Source of the DNA: Lama guanicoe
Lineage: Eukaryota
Direction of reading: 5' to 3'
DNA length: 62,000 nucleotides
NCBI GenBank assembly: GCA_013239625.1
Contig: MU053431.1
Span: 620,001 to 682,000 of the forward strand
This document shows positions 11,496 to 23,149 of the stretch, one piece after another (the stretch's first letter is position 1; each line of letters opens with the position of its first letter). The translations under genes and the position numbers were made by a program. The notes beneath the pieces are model-generated. The model did not search any database and had not been told where the DNA came from. It saw only the letters and a program-made list of their open reading frames with translations.

Positions 11496-12584
11496 ATTAC
11501 CTTAAAAAAAATAAGCCAAAAAACCTCGAACACTGTTAACAATTGCTATTATGATATGATTACAATATCACTATGAAAATTACTATTAGAACTTCCCATG
11601 ACATTATTTGTGATTATAATTTAGCCCCTAGAAGCTTGTAATCCAGGACGAGAAGCTTCACCCACAGAGCTTGTCGGATCCAGCAGGGAAACAGGGAGGG
11701 TCACAGAGGGAAATTAAATTACCATGTAGCACACATAGCGGGCGCTCGGTTTTGCTATTTTTGTCATTATTAGTGTTAATTACCACTAGGCAGATTCATT
11801 ACTTCTAGCCCCCGGCTAGGATTACATTTTTTTTCCATATCCTTCCAAAACCTCTTTACTTAGGAGCTGGTGGTGATCTGTGCTCTGGAAGGGCTGTAGC
11901 ATGGTTACTCTGAGCTTATGTGCCTCCTTGAGTTGCTCAAGATGTTCCACCCACATTATCTGATTCACCCTTAAGAGCGTCTCTGTGTGGCAGGACAGGC
12001 GGCCAGCGGATTTGCGAGGGAGATGGGCCTCAGACCTTCGGGGCCGAGGACCAGGGAACTGCCCCAGGCTGGGCTCCTGCTTCCATCCACGCTCCCCGCC
12101 CGGCATCGGCGGTGATCAGCAAACGTTCCCCCTCTGCAGACGCCTAGGTTTCCTTCTTGCCCCTATTTGTGTGAAATGTCTGCCCTCTCCAGGGAGCCCG
12201 CCTCCCTGTTGTGAAATATGGGATCGATGAATGGAGCGTACACCTCGGAAACTCAGAGACACTTCAGCCGACCAGCCTTCCGCAGCCAGAGCGCCAGCTC
12301 CCCTGTGGAGAGCTTGCTGGGGCCCCGGACGCCGGGCAGAGCCCCGGGCATGCGCTTCTGGGTCTTCTCTGCTTTCGGTGGGGGCCCACAGGCACCTGGG
12401 GGTGAGCGGAGTGGTTCTCCCGGGGTCCGTAGCCGCACGCTGTCGCCAGCCCAGGCTTACAGGCCGCAGCCCACAAGCCACCAGAGTGACGTTTCCAACA
12501 CCCTCCAGGGAGCCAGTATCGCCCCCAGCGAGGACCACGGGGCAATGCTGGTCCCCATGGAGGGCAGACGTGGGGTTGTTTTTG

Positions 12585-13000
12585 ACAAACAGTCCTTTCT
12601 TTTTTTTCAGGTAAAAATGGATGATTTTATTATATAAAACTATGTTGGCAGAATACAGAAAAATTACTTCTCTTTTATCTTCGCATATTTATTTTCAGTA
12701 CCGAGCAAAATGCAACAGTTGGAAGAATTCATTACAAAAGACCTGAAGGCACTCACGTGGCGAAATTATTCAAGTTACGAAACACAAGTAAAGAAACGCA
12801 CTGCAGAATCCGTGAAGTATAGCATGAGTGTACGGAAGTGCTGATCTGAAATTAATGATTTCTTTACCAAAAACTCAGCAGCCAGAAGCATGAGAGATAC
12901 GCCAAGTTAGAACGAAAAGAATAAATCAAAGGTATTGTTCGTTGGGATAATTAAACTAAAATCACTTAAAAAAATAACTAAGCAAGTCATTAGGATGCAA
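12585..13000. mobile_element. AT-rich island, possible ancient hAT DNA-transposon remnant
   Basis: Sharp AT-rich block in a GC-rich context. Weak peptide echoes of a hAT C-terminus on the + strand (AKLFKLRNTSKE; INDFFTKNSAARS). Family not identified. Confidence 0.3.
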
Positions 13001-14719
13001 AGCAGAACGCCGACAGCCCAGCGCCACACGCCTTTTTTTCCACCAGTAAGAGAAGGAAGGATTTGCAGGTCAGGCTTACAGGGCCATTATTTCTCAGTTT
13101 TGTCTTTTGTCTTTAGAGGTGATAATTGACTAATTATCTATGTAAGCTCTGAAAACACGGCAAGCCAGCTTTCACATCACGTGGCGAACCCATTGCCTTG
13201 CCCCTAAACCCTCTCAAGCGTCCCGGGGCAGGACATTCAGTCTTATGCCAGTGTCGGAACACAAGGCAAGGGCAGGTCCCCATAGGGGCCCCGGCAGCTT
13301 GGGGGGCGGGGGCGTGGGGGGGACCACCTTCCCTGCAAGATCAGGTGACAGAGCAGGGCAGGCGGCGAGGGGAAAGGTCAGGTCCCCCGATGCTCAGTGA
13401 TGCCTCCACCCCCGGCACCACCTTTGAGGCTGATCCCCAGCCGCCCCTCCAGCAGCAGCCTCCCGGTTACAAGCACCTTTGTGAGGGAAGCAGGTGCGCG
13501 TTTCCAAGGAGGGATTTCTTGTGGGGCTTCTGCATGTTGCCAACATACACACCCAGCACCCAGAACCAATAGGTCTCCACATGGCTTCCTGCAGCCCCGC
13601 CATCACCCCCCAGCCCAGCCCCCCATGGACCACCTGGCTCCACTACCCCGTGATGCCCTCAGGACGCCAGGCACCCCCTGCATCCCGGGTCACCCAAGGA
13701 GGAAGCAGAGATCCCTGCGGCTGAGTCGTTTTTATGGGGGTTTTGTGATTTGTGTCTTCCATGAGCCATGTTCCTTATCAGAGAGATAACCTTGAATCAC
13801 ATCTGACTTTTAAATATTTTATAGTCCCGAGAGCCCCCTAGTCAGATCCCCATAGACCTTCGTGCCAGCGTCCGTGCCCACAGCTCACTGGGAGATGCTG
13901 CCCCTGGAAGATGTGTCCTGAGATACCGCTCATCAAGGGGACTGTTTATCGGCCACCGGGCGGCTGCAAAGATGGCCCAAATGGTCACACATGAGCCCAG
14001 TTTTCCTTGCGGCTATAACCTATTTTTGCTGGTTACAATCTGTCACCTTGAGGGTGGCTCTGTGGGAGGGTCAAGTAGTACAGGGACAGGAGGGGGGAGC
14101 TTCTTTTGGAGAAGGTGGCAAACCCTCCTCCCCGACCTGACGCCTGCTGCTCAGAGCCCCACTCATCCCCCTGGGAGCCAGGCTGGCCAGATTAGCAAGT
14201 TAAAGGGCAGGACGCCCCGCGAAATCTGACCTGTGGGTGAACAGCAAGGACACTCCCAGTGCCAGCAGGACCGGCCGCAGGCCTCCTGGAGCAGAGGCTG
14301 AGCATCCTTAAGCAGGCTCAGAGGGCCCCCCAGACCCTGCCGCCACGCCGCCCTCCAGCCCCCCTCCCACCCGGCGGAAAGCGAGGCGGCTTTGCCTCTT
14401 AGTGCCTGAGGGCGTGTGTGAGAAGCAGGTGCGCCTTAAACAGTGACCGCACGCCCACGGGTGCCCCACCATCTTCGGGGGTCACCGCTCTATTTGCAAG
14501 ATGAGACCCCACCCCAGTCGTGCACGCCTCAGTGAAGCCAATTAGACCTTCAAGTTAAAAATAACAATGCAAAATAAACATAAATAAGATCTGTATTTCT
14601 CATTCTCTTCTTTCACTTTGTAACTTTACTGTGTCTAGATGGACCCCTTCATGTTCATGCAGCCCTGTGCACACGGAACTTTCTACTAAAAACACACTGT
14701 CTATAACTTATCTTTTATT

Positions 14720-15108
14720 CCATTTTTAAAACTTGGAGCCTAGTCAGTTTTCAATGTTGTGCCAGTTGCTGGTGTCCCGCATAACGCTTCAGTTGTACGT
14801 ACACATGCACATGTTCTTTTTCATTCTAGGTTACCACAAGATACTGAATACAGTTCCCTGGGCTCCACAGTATAAGCTTGCTGCTTATTTTATATACAGC
14901 AGTGTGCATCTGCAAATCTCGAACTCCCAGTTTATCCCTCCTCTGCCGCCCCAGCCCCCGGTAACCATAAGTTTGTTTTCTATGTCTGTGAGTCTGCTTC
15001 TGTTTTGTGAATATGTTCATTTGTGTCCTTTTTTTTAAGATTCCACACATGAGTGATTTCGTATTTTTCTTTCTCTCTGTGGCTGACTTCACTTAGAATG
15101 ACCGTCTC
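14720..15108 (-). mobile_element. Lineage-specific L1 3' end (ORF2 C-terminus plus 3' UTR)
   Basis: Antisense of 'gtcattctaagtgaagtcagccacagagagaaagaaaaatac...gtgtggaatct'; ORF track 14826..15092 shows the L1 tail peptide 'SLMCGILKK'. Confidence 0.9.
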
Positions 15109-15135
15109 CCACTGAGCTATACCCCCCGCCCCCCC
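15109..15135 (-). mobile_element. 5' head of a Vic-1-like SINE (A box only)
   Basis: Reverse complement GGGGGGGCGGGGGGTATAGCTCAGTGG, directly abutting the L1 5' truncation point. Confidence 0.6.
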
Positions 15136-15769
15136 AAACCTATTGATTGCACTCAAGTCTCTCTCTGATGGTCACTGTGTTGCTGGCGTAGCTCTGGTTC
15201 ACTGCGTGCCCTGCAGGCACCACAGTTTATCGATTCATTTTTGCTGCTGATAAACGTCCTCCCCAGGCGTCCAGAACAGCCGGGTGACCAAGGCCGGGGT
15301 GCCTCTCCTGTCACAGGGAGCAGGTGTTTGTGTAAGCGTCCACCCAGGACCGGAGTGATGAATCACAAGGCAGGTGCCTCCACCGGGAAGCACCAAGCCG
15401 CCTGCACAGGGGTGGATGCTGTGTTCACTCCCGCTGCGTGCACGGCCTGGCTGAAATCACCCGAAACCGGCACTGTTAGCCGGGAAGAGGATGTGAAATT
15501 AGATTTCAGTGCAGTCTGTCTCTGCATTCTTTTTAACTTACTTTTCAGTAATCGATATTTTTCTAGGCATTGTTCCATGATTTAAGATTTCAAAACAGAT
15601 AAAATTTTTCAAAACTGTGTTCTATGAAAAGATAGAGCAAGGTTGGTAAAGAAAGATGGACTACAAGAAAGTCAATAATATTAAGAATTAAACAGGAGCC
15701 AGAACTGGAACTACAACATAAATTTAAAAGATAAGAGGGAAATAGTACAATGACCCCCACCCCCACTAA

Positions 15770-17200
15770 CAGAGCTGAGCCCCAGATGAACTTTTCAACA
15801 AATGATGCTACAGCCACTGGGCTCCAAAGGCAAAAAGTGAACTCTGACCTAAAACTCACACCTTATCCAAAAATTAATTCAAACTGGATTGTGGACTTAA
15901 ATGTAAAACATCAAACTACAAAGCTTCAGGGGAAAGTGAGAAAGTCTTCAGGACCACGGACTGGACGGAGAGAGGTTACACTTGACATCAGAAGCACATT
16001 CTGCAAACGGGCACGTTGGTAAATAGGACTTCAGCAAAATGTAAAACTTTTGCTCGGAGAAAGATGCTGCTAAGCGGATGAAGTGATAAACTACAGATGG
16101 GGAGGAAATGCATGCAGACCACGCATTTGACAAAGGACGCCTGTCTGGGATGTACTGCTAACTCAAAATACAAGAGCAAAAACAGAGACAAACAATTCAA
16201 CTAGAGAACGGGCAGCTGAGGGGACATTCCACGGAAGGAGATGCTGGGATGGAGATGAGCACATGAAACAACGTTTAATGTTGTGACCATTCAGGAAGTG
16301 CAAACTGATGCTACAATGAGACGTGGCTACATGTCTAACAGAAGGGCTAACATCCAAAACGTAACAGTGGTGGTGATGATGGTAACATCAAATGCTGGTG
16401 AGGATGTGGAGAAGCAGGCAAGAATGTAAAATGGTACAGCCACTCTGGAAAAGATTTTGTGGTCTTTCACAAAACCAAACATGTGAGCCAACCACAGGAT
16501 CCAACCATGGAACTCTAGGGCCATTATCCCAGAGGAATGAAAATTTATGCTCGGAAAAAAAAATTAAATCTGTACACCAACCTCAAAGCATCTTTAGCCA
16601 TAATAGCCTCAAACTGGAATCAACCAGAATGTCCTTTCAGTGGGTGAAACTGTGGGTGCACAGATCCATGCCAAGAAATATTACTTGGCAAAGAAAAGGA
16701 GTGAACCATTGATTCATGCAGCAACTTGGATGGATCCCAAGGGAACCACACTGAGTAAAAACACAGCAGTCCCCAAAGGTCATCTACCATGTGCTTCTAC
16801 TTATAAAGCATTCTTGAAATGACAAAAGTATAGAGATGGAGAACAGATTAGCAGTTGCTAAGGATTGTGGTAGAGGGAGGGAGGGAGGAGGGTGTAACTA
16901 TAAGAGCTGCATGAGGGGTCCAGGTGATGGGCTGTTCTATGTCTTGACTGCACATAGTCAAAGGGCTTTATACACGTGATAAAACTGCATGGAAATAAAC
17001 ACACACACGTACACACAAAACTGGGGAAATCTGAGTAAGGGCAATAATTTGTACCAGTGTCAGGACCCAGTGTGATTTGGTACTATGATTTTGCAAGATG
17101 TTACCACTGGGGAAACTGGCTGAAGGGCACATGGGGTCTCTCTGTATTATTTCTTACAACTGCATGTGAATCTACAATTATCTCATTAATTGAAAGTTAA
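15770..17200 (+). mobile_element. Old L1 (L1MC/L1MD-like) ORF2 C-terminus plus 3' UTR
   Basis: Degenerate ORF2 peptides (LTPYPKINSNWIVDLNVK; LVRMWRS...KMVQPLWK; HAATWMDPKG) and 3' end 'gtattatttcttacaactgcatgtgaatctacaattatctc'. Confidence 0.9.
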
Positions 17201-17477
17201 AAGAAAAACACGAAATATCACCCAGGGATGATCATGGCCAGCATCTTGCACGCTGCCTTCTTGTCTCTCAGAGAGACAGATGAGTGTTTTTTTCAGTAAA
17301 ATGAAAACACCGCACAGGCTGCTTGGAGTCGCCGAGCCGGGACGTCCTCCGCTTGCACAGTCCGCCGCGGGTCCCGTTGGCCGCCGCAGAGCTGCGGTGA
17401 CGCCCCCTGTGGCCCCGCCCCCGGCTCGCCCGCGCCCCGCCCCCCAGAGGCGGCGCTGGCTCGTTCCTGGCGTGAGC
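17193..17477 (+). repeat. Inverted repeat, left arm
   Basis: Reverse complement aligns to 18501-18787; 17312-17477 differs by one base. Confidence 0.95.
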
Positions 17478-17480
17478 GGT
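17310..17480. promoter_or_regulatory. Small CpG island with GC boxes and a CTCF-like motif
   Basis: More than 20 CpG in 166 bp, CCCCGCCCC Sp/KLF boxes, and tgacgccccctgtggcc at 17398-17414. Confidence 0.55.
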
Positions 17481-18279
17481 TCTCAGTGAGCTGTGCGTCC
17501 TGAAGGAGTGAGGTGTAAAAGGCAGCTAAGTGGGGCGCTGAGGATGGACGGCGCTGCGGGACGTGGGAGACACGTGCTTTTCAGTTCCCTGTGTTGGGCA
17601 AAGGCCCACAGGCCAGTCTTACTGGTGGGCTCCTTGGCCGGTGCCTGGCCTGATGGACGGGCTTCAGATGGGCTCCATCTTTGTCCAGTTCCCAGTTTGG
17701 AGGCCCTGGAGAGGTGGACACGGGAGAGAACCAAGCTTAGAATCAGCACAGACTGGGAACAGGGAAACCGAGCGATAAGATACCCCGCCTCCCTCTGGCC
17801 CAGGAGCCCAGAGACTGACCGGCTGGAGAGAGACGGTCACCCGGGGCCACGGCCTCCCTCCCCACGCTCCCCGCAGAGTCCTTAGAGTAAGTGAACACGG
17901 GACAAAAGAAAAGGGAAGGGGCAGGCAGAAAGGTTGGAAGAACCTGTCTTTCAATGGCTTTCCACAGGAAATACAAAATGTTTAATACATCTCTGTATTC
18001 TGTTTTCATACTTTAAAATTTACTTTCCTCATTCATATAATCTTTATTTCAGACTTGATCGCTGTGAACTGATTTTAAAATAAAATTAAAATTGAGTATT
18101 TTTGCAAGTAAATGAGTGCCTAATTCTACCTGGGGCTTTGCAGACAAGGAATCTGGGTCACGATTGTTGGAAACACCACACACAGACTCCTCTGTGCAGC
18201 AGACTCACTTGACCTGTGCCTTCCTTTAACCTTAAACTTGACTGATGCCATTGAATCCTCAAAACCGTGCCCTAGGGAT

Positions 18280-18670
18280 CGACCGCGTTTACGGACGGGG
18301 AGGCACGAGAAAATAACTCAGATGAAAGGTGAGTGGCAAGTGAAACGCTCTGCCCGGGGAGAGCGGGCAGCCCGGTCCCCCTGCCTTCCCGGCTCAGCTT
18401 TCGCGGGCGTGCGCGGGCGGCCGCAGCTCCCCTGGAATCGGCCCAGCCGGTGGGAAATGAAGGAGGTTTAAGGCACGAAATGCGAGCGTGTCAAGAGCGA
18501 GCTCACGCCAGGAACGAGCCAGCCCCGCCTCTGGGGGGCGGGGCGCGGGCGAGCCGGGGGCGGGGCCACAGGGGGCGTCACCGCAGCTCTGCGGCGGCCA
18601 ACGGGACCCGCGGCGGACTGTGCAAGCGGAGGACGTCCCGGCTCGGCGACTCCAAGCAGCCTGTGCAGTG
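18280..18670. promoter_or_regulatory. CpG island (right IR arm plus unique CpG-rich flank)
   Basis: Dense CpG, a NotI site 'gcggccgc', GGGGCGGGG boxes, and ggccacagggggcgtca at 18564-18580. Confidence 0.6.
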
Positions 18671-18787
18671 TCTTCATTCTATTGGAAAAGAAAATACTCG
18701 TCTGTCTCTCTGAGAGACAGGAAGGCAGCGTGCAAGGTGTTGCCAGGATCATCCCTGGGTGATATTTCATGGTTTTATTTCAACTTT
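18501..18787 (-). repeat. Inverted repeat, right arm
   Basis: Aligned by eye to the left arm. The ORF track also shows near-identical peptides from 17280..17489(+) and 18468..18770(-). Confidence 0.95.
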
Positions 18788-19045
18788 TTAAAAAAATTGA
18801 AGTACTGTCAGGTACAGTGTGTCCATTCCCGGTGTGCAGCACAGCGTCCCAGTCATGCACACACACGCATATATTCGTTTTCATCGTCTTTTTCATTAAA
18901 GGTTATTACAAGATATCGAATATGGTTCCATGTGCTTCACAGCAGAAATTTGTTTGCATCTATGTTTATATAGAGAGGTTATCATTTGCAAATCTCGAAG
19001 TCCCAAGTTTATCCCTTCGCATCCCCTTTCCCTGCGGAACCATGA
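18788..19045 (-). mobile_element. Short lineage-specific L1 3' end
   Basis: Antisense 'aaaattgaagtac...ttttcattaaaggttattacaagatatcgaatatggttcc...ttgcaaatctcgaag'; same family as 7905-8246. Confidence 0.85.
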
Positions 19046-20329
19046 GACTGGTAGATTCTCCCCCCACCCACCCCAGCAGGGAGGGTGAGAGTTTAACCCA
19101 TGAGTGGTTTGACGAGGGTTTTCTCTATTCTCGTGTCAGAGCAAAGCGGCAGGAGCCAGCGGCCTAAACTGACATAAAGCTCCTGTTTGGTGCGACTCCC
19201 GGAGACACTAGCTGGAAAGGTCAGTGTCACCCTCAGACTTGGGACTCGGGGACAGTGCACGCTTCGGACAGCAAGCAAGGCCTGAGGGAGGGTTACGAGA
19301 CCCAGAGCTCTGAAACACGCCTCTTACCAGCTCTCTTGTGGCTGGTGAGGGTTGAGCCACGTGGCTGGTGGAGGACAGACCGTGACGACAAGGCGAGGTT
19401 GACAGTCTAAGGACGAGTATGGGTCAATTTGCGTTGGCATCACCATTGGCCTGTCACCAGCCGGGACGTCCAGGCCTCACCAGGCTCCCACTGCTCTTGG
19501 GTGGACGGCCCGTGCTCTACAGCGCGGTGTTTCATGAGCGGATGTCATGGAATTTCATACCTCAGGCCAGGTGGAGAGTCAAGTCCCTCCACGTTTAACC
19601 CGAACCCTCTTCCTGGCTTTGCTTTAAAAACCAAGAAGTCGCCACAGGTAGATGGTGTCAGCTTATCTCAGACATGGCGGCTCTGTTAACGGGTGGGCCC
19701 TGCACCATCTGTTTCTTTCTCTCCTGTTCTTTTCCTCTCCTTTTCTGTTTTAAACATTTAACATGTTTTAACCTTGTTCTCTTAGTGTCCTTGCAAAATC
19801 CCATAACAAAGAATTGCAGCTGCATTTCATTCTTTTATCTGCAGTCAGGGCTTCTGATCTGCTGCCTTGGAGGAGCTACTTCTCCACCACAGGGCCTCCT
19901 TGCAGGGAGAGCGCTCCCAGGAGGCGGGCTGAGGGCTGCCTGGGCCTCCTGGAAGGAGCCCCGCTCCCCCTCGCGCCCCCGGTTTGTATTTCCTTAACTC
20001 TTCACCGTGCGGCTAAGTGCAGCTTCAGAAAAATGCTGCCTCGGCACGTTTTCCCTCCTGGGGGATGCTCGTGTTCCAGGTGCCTCTGCCCTCTGGCTCT
20101 GGCTTTGGGAACCCGCAGGGTGTAATTTCTTTCCTGGGGCAACAGGGCCACGCACTACCTTCAGGTGATGAAGAGGACGAGGTGGTGCTCTTGGTGGCCC
20201 CGGCCCCGCCCAGGCTTCCCTTCAAGCTACAGCAGCCAGTCTGCGGTGGGGCCGGAAGCAGCGTGGTCAGCCTGCTCCCTCCCAGGGCACCTGATGGAGG
20301 AGGTGCCAGGGGTCAGCTGGTCAGCGAAC

Positions 20330-20485
20330 CCTTTGAGAGGCCCTAACCCTAACTTAAAGCTGGGCTGGTCTCACCTGGAGTTCCTTAAAGCATCATGTCT
20401 ACAAAGACATTTTCTCCAAATAAGGTCAACATCACGGGTTCCAGGTGGACACACGGTTTGGGGTCGGGGCACCATCCAGCCCCTG
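20330..20485 (-). mobile_element. MaLR LTR fragment (MLT1A-C-like)
   Basis: 'catgtctacaaagacattttctccaaataaggtcaacatcacgggttccagg...caccatccagccc'. Confidence 0.65.
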
Positions 20486-20489
20486 CAGA

Positions 20490-20610
20490 GGGCCACTTCC
20501 TCGCTCTGAGCCTCAGTTTCTGCATTTTGAAAGCAGGAACAACCATGGTCCTGTCCTATGGAGCTGGATGACGTTTGTAAGAGGTCCTGTCTGTAAAGCC
20601 CCAGAAGGGC
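20490..20610 (+). mobile_element. MIR fragment
   Basis: 'cacttcctcgctctgagcctcagtttctgcattttgaaa'. Confidence 0.6.
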
Positions 20611-23149
20611 GCAGACAAACAGGTCCTGCATCATCAGAGAGTTTAAGAAGGCAGCCCTGGGGCCAGCCCCAGACGCACGGACTCAGATCCTGCAAGAGTC
20701 CCGGTGGCTCCTAAGCCTAGGGCAGCGCCTGGTACCTGGTCAGCACTCAGATCAGCAGCTTCTGTCCTTATGACCATCCGTACGGATCCCAGAGTCCCCG
20801 TTGCCGTGAGTGTCCTGGCTTAGCAAAAGCAAAGGCCATCACGTCCACCGACCCGTGTGACTCTCCAAGGACAGATTCTTCAGCCCTGCAGGTTTCATTT
20901 ACTTTTGTGCGTTAACAAACTCAACTACCTTAAAATATTTTCTTAAAAATGAGTTTATTCTGGTTTATTGCTTTTACAAGAATTGAAAAGTGGTGCATTT
21001 ATGCATTTATTTATTTGACTTGATTTTGTATTAAACACTACCCAAACACTACCCAGCGCCCTCTTTGCGGTAACAGCGCTCCTGCCTGGCGTTCTGTTCC
21101 GTTTCCCCGAGGGAATTGCTTCCCGCGCCTCGCCTGATGCGTGTTCTGGGTTTGGGCAGCTGTCCGGCAGGTGACACACACCTGTGCCCAAGTCCAGCAC
21201 ACCAGAGGAGCGAGGTCCTGCCAACGTCCTGGAGCGTAATGAACTGTCAGCCCTTTAGACTCGTCTGGTCAACCTGATCCAACACGCAAAGTTTTAAGGG
21301 GCAGTTTATCGTATGCAGCCCCTCCAATTCCTCCCCCCATTAAACACGTTACCACCAGACCTTATGCTACTTCAGTATTTCGGTTACTGTTGGAATGTTT
21401 TATACCTTTAATAGTAAAAGGCTGAGATTTTTCACAACCTGCATCATTTGTCTCTTGATAAAAATTCCGAGCCTTTATCTCCTTCTCAAAGGAACATAAT
21501 TTAAATATGAATAATGAAAAGTACTTCCAGAAACATAAACCCAATAATGCTTTCTGAGGTGCAGACTGCTCAGCGTGAAACTTGGATGCAACACAAAAGA
21601 ACCGAATGTCGGCAAATTACGCTTTTTACCGCTTCCTTGCGTGAAACTCTGCCGGGGCCTGTCATCTGGCGACGGGAGGGTCGCTGGAGACGTGGGAGGC
21701 ACGTCTTGAGGTGATGGGTGAGGGTGGTGAGCTCAGGCAAGGCATTCTGGCAAGACTGGACTCAAAATGGCAGCTCTAAATCCCTTCGAACGGCACGTTT
21801 CAGCATTACACACTTGCTTACTCTTGTGTGGAGATGAATTTTCAGTGACAACCAATGTGTTAAAAAGTCAAAGTGTAAATTTATTCCTTTGCTATAAAAA
21901 ACTGACATATAAGTTATTTATGAGGAAATAAGGAACTTCTAATCTAAATGAGGCTTTGCGGCCTCAGCTGGCACCCCTCTCTCGCGCCTGTCCCCCCAAA
22001 ATAATGCACACACTTGTGCTTTTCAGGCACAGCATTTAATTCTACGTGAAATGGAGTCAGTGGACGTCTTTATAAGGTCTTTTGTTTGTGGTGTTGCTGG
22101 TGTTACAAAAACCCCGTGATGGAAAGCCTTCAGGTCCTTCACAGCAGTTGGCTGTGGACAGCCCTCCGTGTGTCGGGTGGCACGTCGCTCCGCCGCACTG
22201 TGACACCCCCAGATTCCTGAGCCCTTTCTGGTTTTCACACTAAAGGCAGAGTCAGCTTAGGCTGGACCCAAATCAATCTACTGATCAGAATATGTTTGCC
22301 ACCACTAGCCTCCTGAATTCAGGCAAAGAGAAGAAACCTCACACTCCAAACCTGAGGGGGATTATCCGTGGACGGAGACGGCTGAGCAGAAGCCATAAGT
22401 GCTTGGTCTGGAGTCCGCGTCTCCCTCTTGGCTGCTCTCCAGCTCCTTGCACGTCCCTGGTTGTATCCAGTCCCCTTGTCTATGTAGTAGCCGTGAGTGA
22501 GAGGATTTGTTTAGTGCTAAGCGTTTCACACCTTGGGTAAGGCAGTCGCTGCTCAAATTCTATTTTGGGCTTTATTTATGAATTTGCAGCTTTCCAAGGG
22601 TTTGCGGGTAAGCGAGCCAGCTGTGTGCCTCTTTCCAAAAAGGCCAGTCTCTCGTTGACAAGAAAGGCTTGCGGGGCTCACGCTGATGGGCTGTTTTCCC
22701 TTTGTGCTAACAGCAGCACAGCTGGCCACGCGCCGCAGACGTGATGTTCCCGCGCCAGCAGCACACACGTCTTCCGCTGGCTCCAAAACGTTTGCTTGGA
22801 AGACGGAATGATTGTGAGATTTAATGATTGAGTAGAAACATCTTCAACAAGTTGGGAAAAGAGTCAGTCTTTCCCAGATCAGGAGCCAGGGTTTCTACTC
22901 CAAAAGGTGGCAGCTTTGTGGCTGGTGGGCTCCCCTCTGCGATGAAACTGCTCCGTGGGGCACAACGCAGTCAGTGGTGACACGTGGTGACAGCAAGCTC
23001 CAACATGCCCGAAATTTAGTCAGTTTAAAGCTCAGCCATTTTGCGGCCTCTCTCCAGTCCCCAGGGTCTTGTGAAGACCACCGGGATCCTATATAAAGCA
23101 AAGGAATTGGAGGGACTCCCCGGTCTTCAGTCTTTGCTGACCACGCTGA

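Noticed and set aside
7520..17170. Similarity between 7520-7640 and 17060-17170, and among the 7905, 14720, 18788, 41093 and 56801 elements
   Set aside because: Explained by independent copies of the same L1 families, not by local duplication.
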